Positions 57,863-64,000 of a DNA stretch of 64,000 bases are shown here, piece by piece. The first letter of the stretch is position 1. Each line of letters opens with the position of its first letter. The stretch is from an uncultured Bacteroidota bacterium (GTDB lineage Bacteria > Bacteroidota > Bacteroidia > NS11-12g > UBA9320), in the NCBI GenBank assembly GCA_913054375.1, contig CAJXIQ010000001.1, forward strand, positions 1,200-65,199, in the 5' to 3' direction. The notes under the pieces were generated by a model. That model was not told the origin of the DNA and did no database searches. It saw only the letters and a program-made list of their open reading frames with translations. The translations under genes were made by a program, and so were the position numbers.

Positions 57863-58575
57863 CGAACAGCAAAGCGAGCCTTCGCTTTTACAAGTTCTGT
57901 CAGGAATTCTGGATTATCTTCCAATTTGTTCCCTACTACCACTACATCTGCCCCAGCAGTAAATACGGTCTCAGCATCTTCGCGGGTTTTTATACCTCCA
58001 CCTACTATTACAGGGGTATCTACTTCGTTTTTTACCGCAGCTATGAGTTGAGGTGATGCATGATGATGTGCGCCGCTGCCGCAGTCTAGGTAGATAAGTT
58101 TTTTGCCCAGCTGGCTACCCGCTAGTGCGGTAGCTGCCGCTATACCAGGTTTGTCTTGTGGTATAGGCGTAGTGCCACTGATGTAACTTACTGTTGTGGT
58201 CCTACCGCCATCTATTAAGATATATCCTGTAGCAAGTATTTCAAGTCCAGAGCGTTTTAATTTGTGTGCAGATTCTACGTGTCTGCCTATAAGCAAATCA
58301 GAGTTTCGTCCACTTATGAGGCTCAATAGTAAGATTGCATCTGCTTGATCATCGATCTGATTTGGACTGCCCGGGAAAATGATTAATGGCTTGTTTGTCC
58401 GTTTTTTTAATTCTGCAAGGCATGTTTTCATGCTTCCGTCTGTTACCAAACTGCCTCCTACAAATAAAAAATCTACTTGATCAAAATTTGGATGAAAAAC
58501 AAGGGTATCCAACTGATGATCAGCTGATTTATCGGGGTCTATCAGCACGGCCACCATTTTTTGGTTGGCACGCAT
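57859..58575 (-). CDS. Geranylgeranylglyceryl-phosphate synthase family (PcrB/GGGPS, group II-like)
   Basis: LIDPDK, FVGGS, FPG, SLISGRN, GYILIDGG, YLDCGSGA, VGGGI and VVGN. Confidence 0.9.
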   Translation of the reverse strand: MRANQKMVAVLIDPDKSADHQLDTLVFHPNFDQVDFLFVGGSLVTDGSMKTCLAELKKRTNKPLIIFPGSPNQIDDQADAILLLSLISGRNSDLLIGRHVESAHKLKRSGLEILATGYILIDGGRTTTVSYISGTTPIPQDKPGIAAATALAGSQLGKKLIYLDCGSGAHHHASPQLIAAVKNEVDTPVIVGGGIKTREDAETVFTAGADVVVVGNKLEDNPEFLTELVKAKARFAVR

Positions 58576-58870
58576 TTTTGCTGTTATTTTTTGTAATGTG
58601 CTAATAATCTTTCGGTTGTGAATGAGCGTGTAAAAAGTACAAACTCAATTCGGTTAAATCCTAATAAATTTTGTGATTTTATCTTATCAACACTGCAAAT
58701 CTCTTAAAAATAAGTCAACCTAAAAATTTTGTTGTTGATGTGTGGAAAAGACAGACCGAAAGTTAATGTCATGCAAATGTATTTTTGATGCAAAACTCAC
58801 TGTAAATTTTTTAGAGAAGATATGCGGTTGAGTCCTTGCCTTTTTTTTTAACAAGTATAAACCTTACGCA

Positions 58871-61800
58871 ATGAGCCAAAAACCAAATTACAACAAAAAC
58901 GCACTGAAATTTAAGCGTTTTAACACCAAAAACGGTGTAGCAGCAACAGACCTTTATGAGTACGAGTACAGAACATCTGTAATCAAGAATCCTGCTGGAG
59001 ATGAAGTCTTCAAGATGGATAACGTCGAAGTACCTAAGGATTGGTCTCAAGTAGCAACAGACATTTTAGCACAAAAATATTTTAGAAAAGCTGGAGTACC
59101 CTTAGAGGATGGAACCACGGGTTCAGAAACCTCTGTAAAACAGGTGGCACACAGATTAGCTGACTGCTGGAAAACATGGGGTGAACGCTATGGTTACTTT
59201 GCTACAAAAAAAGATGCGCAAGTATTTTATGATGAGTTGGTATTTAGCATATTGGGTCAGATGGCAGCACCCAATAGCCCACAGTGGTTCAACACTGGTT
59301 TGCATAATTCGTATGGAATTACAGGAGGTCCGCAGGGTCATATGTTTGTAGACCCAGAGACAGGGAAAACGAAAAAAAGTACATCTGCCTACGAAAGACC
59401 TCAACCTCATGCATGCTTCATTCTATCTGTAAGCGATGATTTGGTTAACGAGGGTGGCATTATGGATCTATGGGTACGGGAGGCACGTATTTTTAAATAT
59501 GGTTCTGGTGTAGGTACGAATTTTTCTAGTATTCGTGGTGCAAACGAAAAATTAAGTGGTGGAGGTAACTCTTCAGGCCTTATGAGTTTCTTAAAAATAG
59601 GAGATAGAGCTGCAGGGGCTATCAAATCTGGTGGTACAACGCGTAGAGCTGCCAAGATGGTTTGCCTAGACCTAGACCACCCAGAAATACTTGAATTTAT
59701 CAACTGGAAAAAAGAAGAAGAAAAGAAAGTACAAGCATTGATAGATGCTGGATATGATTCTGGATACGAAGGGGAAGCATATGCTACTGTTTCTGGTCAG
59801 AACTCAAATAACTCGGTACGTATACCAAACAAATTTTTTGAAGCACTAAAAAATGATGGAGAGTGGGACCTTATCTCTAGAACCAACGGCAAACCAATAA
59901 AGAGTGTACCTGCTCAGAAAGTATGGGACGATATCTCATTTGCAGCTTGGGCATGTGCAGATCCAGGTGTGCAGTATGATACCACAATAAACGAGTGGCA
60001 TACATGCCCAGAAGGAGGACAAATAAACGCGTCTAACCCTTGTTCGGAATACATGTTTTTAGATAATACAGCCTGCAACCTTGCATCGCTTAATTTAAGA
60101 AAATACTACAACGAAGAGACAAAAGAACTAGACGTAGAAGCAATAAAATACGCATCTAGACTTTGGACTGTTGTTCTTGAGATTTCTGTACTTATGGCTC
60201 AGTTCCCAAGTAAAGAAGTGGCAGAATTATCCTACCAATACAGAACTTTAGGTCTTGGATACGCAAACATAGGTTCAGTATTTATGGTAAGCGGTATAGC
60301 GTATGACAGTCCAGAAGCGTCTGCGATATGTGGTGCTGTTACAGCGATACTTACAGGTACTTCGTATGCTACATCTGCAGAGATGGCAAGCTTCCTTGGT
60401 ACTTTCGAACAATACGATAAAAATAAAGAGCATATGCTACGTGTGATGAACAATCACAGATATGCGGCATATAACCTGGACGAGTATGATGGACTTAGCA
60501 TCAAGCCAGTGGGTATAGATCCGGCATATTGCCCAGAGTACCTTTTAGGATCAGCTACTAGTACGTGGGATCAAGCGGTACAGTGGGGAGAGAAATACGG
60601 ATACCGTAATGCTCAAACTACCGTAATAGCTCCTACGGGTACGATTGGTCTAGTAATGGATTGCGATACTACAGGTATAGAGCCAGATTTTGCACTTGTG
60701 AAATTCAAAAAACTATCGGGTGGTGGATATTTTAAGATTGTGAACCAATCAGTTCCGTTGGCATTAAAAAACCTTGGATACGAGGAAACGCAAATCAACG
60801 AAATAGTAAACTATGCGAAAGGATATGCAACACTAGAAAATGCTCCGCATATTAACCACGACACATTACGTGCCAAAGGATTTAAGTCAGAGGATTTAGA
60901 GAAAATAGAAGCTGGTTTGGCTTCTGCATTTGAAATCAGCTTTGCATTCAATCAGTGGGTACTTGGCGACGCCACTATGGAACGTTTAGGTTTCACATCT
61001 GAGCAGTACAACAAAGAAGGATTTAGCTTGCTTAGAGCTCTTGGTTTTAGCAAAAGCGAAATACATGAGGCAAACGATTTTGTTTGTGGCACGATGACCG
61101 TAGAAGGTGCGCCACATTTAAAAAACGAGCATCTTGCAGTATTTGATTGTGCTAATAAGTGCGGAGAGATAGGAGAGAGATACATACACGCTCACGGTCA
61201 CATCAAGATGATGGCTGCAGCACAACCGTTCCTTTCCGGTGCAATATCCAAAACAATAAACCTACCAAATGAAGCTACGATAGAAGACATCAAGTCTTGC
61301 TACCAACTCAGTTGGGAACTTGGTACCAAAGCCAATGCATTGTACAGAGATGGTAGTAAACTATCTCAACCGCTAAGCAACAAGTCTGATGTAGAAGAAA
61401 CAGAAGAAGAGGATGCGATCTCTGCTGTAGATAATGCCCTAGCAGGAGCGGCAACACTTAGCATAGAAGAATTGACACAAGAGCAAGTGTTAGAAGCAGC
61501 CCAAAAAATACTCGACAATTCTAAGAGTACAGAATTTATGCGTCAATTATCAGGTATAGTTGAACGTAAAAAACTGCCTTGGAAACGAAGAGGTTTCACT
61601 CAAAAAGCGAAAGTTGGTGGTCAAACATTATTCGTAAGAACAGGAGAGTACAATGACGGAACACTCGGTGAGATTTTCATTGATATGCACCGAGAGGGAG
61701 CAACATTCCGTTCATTGATGAACTGTTTCTCTATAGCAGTGTCTATAGGCCTACAGTACGGTGTACCTTTGGATGAGTACGTGAGTAAGTTCACATTTGC

Positions 61801-62197
61801 TCGTTTCGAGCCAAGTGGTATGGTAGAAGGGCATCCGAATATTAAGAACTCTACTTCTATCATTGATTATATCTTTAGATTACTCGGTTTCGAATATTTA
61901 GATAGAACAGATTTGGTACATATCAAACCTACCAAAGAAGAAGCACAAGCCAAGGTAGAAGCAAAGCAGAACAAAATGTCTGACACGCCTAAACCAACGG
62001 TAAGCGTTACTTCTGCACCTACTGTTAAACCAGTATCTGCAGCACAGCCAGCGACAGCAGCTTCATTCTCTACACAGCAGCCTAAAGCTACCTCTGGGGA
62101 TGCATTACCATGTACCAACTGTGGAAGTTTAGCACTTATCAGAAATGGTACGTGTCACCTATGTACAAACTGTGGTACTACTACAGGATGTAGCTAG
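58871..62197 (+). CDS. nrdJ: Class II (adenosylcobalamin-dependent) ribonucleotide reductase
   Basis: APNSPQWFN, QPHACFI, NPCSE, IAPTGTI and SGAISKT; C-terminal TSCPD-like domain and CxxC..CxxC zinc ribbon. Confidence 0.96.
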   Translation: MSQKPNYNKNALKFKRFNTKNGVAATDLYEYEYRTSVIKNPAGDEVFKMDNVEVPKDWSQVATDILAQKYFRKAGVPLEDGTTGSETSVKQVAHRLADCWKTWGERYGYFATKKDAQVFYDELVFSILGQMAAPNSPQWFNTGLHNSYGITGGPQGHMFVDPETGKTKKSTSAYERPQPHACFILSVSDDLVNEGGIMDLWVREARIFKYGSGVGTNFSSIRGANEKLSGGGNSSGLMSFLKIGDRAAGAIKSGGTTRRAAKMVCLDLDHPEILEFINWKKEEEKKVQALIDAGYDSGYEGEAYATVSGQNSNNSVRIPNKFFEALKNDGEWDLISRTNGKPIKSVPAQKVWDDISFAAWACADPGVQYDTTINEWHTCPEGGQINASNPCSEYMFLDNTACNLASLNLRKYYNEETKELDVEAIKYASRLWTVVLEISVLMAQFPSKEVAELSYQYRTLGLGYANIGSVFMVSGIAYDSPEASAICGAVTAILTGTSYATSAEMASFLGTFEQYDKNKEHMLRVMNNHRYAAYNLDEYDGLSIKPVGIDPAYCPEYLLGSATSTWDQAVQWGEKYGYRNAQTTVIAPTGTIGLVMDCDTTGIEPDFALVKFKKLSGGGYFKIVNQSVPLALKNLGYEETQINEIVNYAKGYATLENAPHINHDTLRAKGFKSEDLEKIEAGLASAFEISFAFNQWVLGDATMERLGFTSEQYNKEGFSLLRALGFSKSEIHEANDFVCGTMTVEGAPHLKNEHLAVFDCANKCGEIGERYIHAHGHIKMMAAAQPFLSGAISKTINLPNEATIEDIKSCYQLSWELGTKANALYRDGSKLSQPLSNKSDVEETEEEDAISAVDNALAGAATLSIEELTQEQVLEAAQKILDNSKSTEFMRQLSGIVERKKLPWKRRGFTQKAKVGGQTLFVRTGEYNDGTLGEIFIDMHREGATFRSLMNCFSIAVSIGLQYGVPLDEYVSKFTFARFEPSGMVEGHPNIKNSTSIIDYIFRLLGFEYLDRTDLVHIKPTKEEAQAKVEAKQNKMSDTPKPTVSVTSAPTVKPVSAAQPATAASFSTQQPKATSGDALPCTNCGSLALIRNGTCHLCTNCGTTTGCS

Positions 62198-62217
62198 ATT
62201 TTAGAATCATACAAGTC

Positions 62218-62247
62218 AAAGGGCGGTCAATTGACCGCCCTTTTTTT
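62218..62247 (+). terminator. Intrinsic terminator after nrdJ
   Basis: Perfect palindrome AAAGGGCGGTCAATTGACCGCCCTTT plus T-tract. Confidence 0.9.
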
Positions 62248-62415
62248 ATTCAGTTTTGTGTCAATAGCACAGGACCTCTGTCTTATAAACACCGGACACT
62301 ATTTTCTTGTTGCTGTGAGTGCAAGCACAGATCTGAATCTACAGATCCGATCTTTCTTTTCTAGTAAAATAGTATTGCAGTAAAAAGAAATGGGATTCTA
62401 AGAAAATTGGGCAAA

Positions 62416-62988
62416 TTACCGGTTCAGGTATTCTTTTACGGCAATTTCTAGGTTTTTGTACCATTCCATGCCAAAGGCACGTTCCAAAGCGGGCTTAGCA
62501 AACTCATATACTTTTATACCGTCCTCGGCTCCTTTTGTACATGCATCTACACAGATGCTCCAACGGTGATAGTTTAACGCATAGTACTCGTTGTATTTAT
62601 CTATACGTATAGGGTATAGGTGGCAACTTATTGGTTTCTGAAAACCAAAATCGTGCTTTTTATTGGCTATCTCTACAGCACAGTTCAGTATACCGTCTTT
62701 TTTTACCACGAAAACACATTCCTTGTTTGGTTTGCAGGTTGTTACCATCATCTGATCAAAAGGATCGCGTTCGGCAAAACCATCTTTTTCCAAGGTTTCT
62801 AATCCTGTAGTATCCATTTCAGATACAATTTTCTCTAGGTTGGTCTCTATTATTTCAAGTTCTCCATCGTCTAGTGGAGCTCCTGCGTCCCCTTCTATAC
62901 AGCATACTCCTTTGCATGCAGATACATTACATGCAAATGCTTTTTCTACTACATCTTCAGATACCAGACAGTTGTCTACTTTTATCAT
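62416..62988 (-). CDS. DUF3109-family Cys-rich protein
   Basis: FACNVSACKGVCCIEGDAGAPL, ECVF and KPISCHLYPIR. Confidence 0.85.
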   Translation of the reverse strand: MIKVDNCLVSEDVVEKAFACNVSACKGVCCIEGDAGAPLDDGELEIIETNLEKIVSEMDTTGLETLEKDGFAERDPFDQMMVTTCKPNKECVFVVKKDGILNCAVEIANKKHDFGFQKPISCHLYPIRIDKYNEYYALNYHRWSICVDACTKGAEDGIKVYEFAKPALERAFGMEWYKNLEIAVKEYLNR

Positions 62989-62991
62989 TAT

Positions 62992-63504
62992 CTACTTGCT
63001 CTCGAGGTATGCTTTGTAGCCCAACTCTTCTAATTTTTCTGCTTTGGCAAGTACAGATGTTTCCATAGTGTCAGTAAATGCACGTACGTTTTTCTGTACT
63101 TCAGCATTGTGTGCACCGATCATTTTGGCTGCAAGTATCCCTGCATTCTTTGCTCCGTTTATGGCCATAGTTGCTACAGGTATACCTGGAGGCATCTGTA
63201 CAATACTATAGAGCGAATCTATACCACTCATGGTACTGCTTTTTATGGGCACACCTATCACAGGCAGCGGAGTAAGGGAGGCAACCATACCGGGTAGATG
63301 GGCTGCTCCACCGGCTCCCGCTATAATGCTTTTGTATCCTTTCGTATGAGCGTTCTTAGCAAATGCATACATTCTATCTGCGGTACGGTGTGCAGATACT
63401 ACGGTGAGGTCAAAAGAAATACCGATTTCTTCCAAAACTTTGGCTGCTTCGGCCATTACGGGTAGGTCTGAGTCGGAACCCATTATGATTAATACATCTG
63501 CCAT
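62992..63504 (-). CDS. purE: N5-carboxyaminoimidazole ribonucleotide mutase
   Basis: [22 protein letters not shown] and [10 protein letters not shown]. Confidence 0.97.
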   Translation of the reverse strand: MADVLIIMGSDSDLPVMAEAAKVLEEIGISFDLTVVSAHRTADRMYAFAKNAHTKGYKSIIAGAGGAAHLPGMVASLTPLPVIGVPIKSSTMSGIDSLYSIVQMPPGIPVATMAINGAKNAGILAAKMIGAHNAEVQKNVRAFTDTMETSVLAKAEKLEELGYKAYLESK

Positions 63505-63661
63505 GGTACAAAGGTAACTTTATCAGTGCGATCATAAAAGTGATTAGTCTTTGCCCAGTAGATTACCTGGTTTTATCAATGAATGATGACTAAATTTCAA
63601 GAAACTAACTTTTCATATATGATGCAAGCGATAATGGTGCATCCCGCATATTTTTTGGGTT

Positions 63662-64000
63662 TTACACCCCTATTACGGTTAGTATACTTTTCACCTTCTC
63701 CATCTTACGCACTACCTCGGTTCGTGTGTCTGCAAGTACGGTGAAGTGGCCCAGTTTTCTGTCGGGCGAAGTAGTGGTTTTGCCATACATGTGGATGTAG
63801 ACCCCCTCCATAGCTAATACGTCATCAAGATTAGCAAGTTGGTATATGCCGTGTACATTTTGTGGTCCTATAATGTTGCATGTAGCAGCGGGTTTTACCA
63901 GAGCAGTACTGCCCAGTGGTTGCCCCAGTAAGATACGGTTGAGCTGCTCGTACTGCGAGGTATAGCAAGATTCTATGGTATGGTGACCACTGTTGTGTGG
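63662..64000 (-). CDS. purK: N5-CAIR synthetase, C-terminal part (truncated by window edge, absent from ORF track)
   Basis: Manual translation from nt 64000: PHNSGHHTIESCYTSQYEQ...HMYGK...RKLGHFT...TVIGV-stop; lies upstream of purE. Confidence 0.93.
   Translation of the reverse strand, partial: PHNSGHHTIESCYTSQYEQLNRILLGQPLGSTALVKPAATCNIIGPQNVHGIYQLANLDDVLAMEGVYIHMYGKTTTSPDRKLGHFTVLADTRTEVVRKMEKVKSILTVIGV

Noticed and set aside
58871..62197. Possible intein or intron in the long NrdJ (and in DnaE2)
   Set aside because: No intein splice-junction or LAGLIDADG motifs; lengths are explained by normal domains and low-complexity linkers.
62250..62415. Short direct repeat ACAGATCYGA and weak AT-rich hairpins after the nrdJ terminator
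   Set aside because: Too short and AT-rich to distinguish from chance.

Overview
Core-chromosome segment of a Bacteroidota bacterium, indicated by TAnnTTTG -7 promoter boxes, T9SS C-terminal domains, Gln after signal peptides and Bacteroidota-specific DUF families. It holds about 55 tightly packed CDS, mostly housekeeping (guaB, era, der, pheS, mnmG, ybeY, xerD, panC, asd, pyrF, sodA, cysS, nrdJ, purE, partial purK), many envelope genes and one initiator tRNA-Met. I saw no prophage, IS, CRISPR or defence island. The strongest non-coding signal is a probable chromosomal replication origin at about 24,080-24,470. It has a DnaA-box cluster, a DnaA-trio/unwinding module and an apparent GC-skew inversion, and two parS palindromes lie 3.4-4.2 kb away inside coding sequence. 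No dnaA or parAB gene is in the window. About 4-8 kb left of the origin is a dinB-dnaE2 mutagenesis cassette with no LexA or ImuA gene. It is preceded by an uncharacterised HTH-like protein, a roughly 146-nt self-complementary element and a perfect DnaA box. Other points of interest are an uncharacterised repeat lipoprotein/beta-barrel pair, tandem ArnT-like glycosyltransferases, a likely engA leader RNA and several probably leaderless genes. All family names come from motif recognition by eye; no database searches were run.
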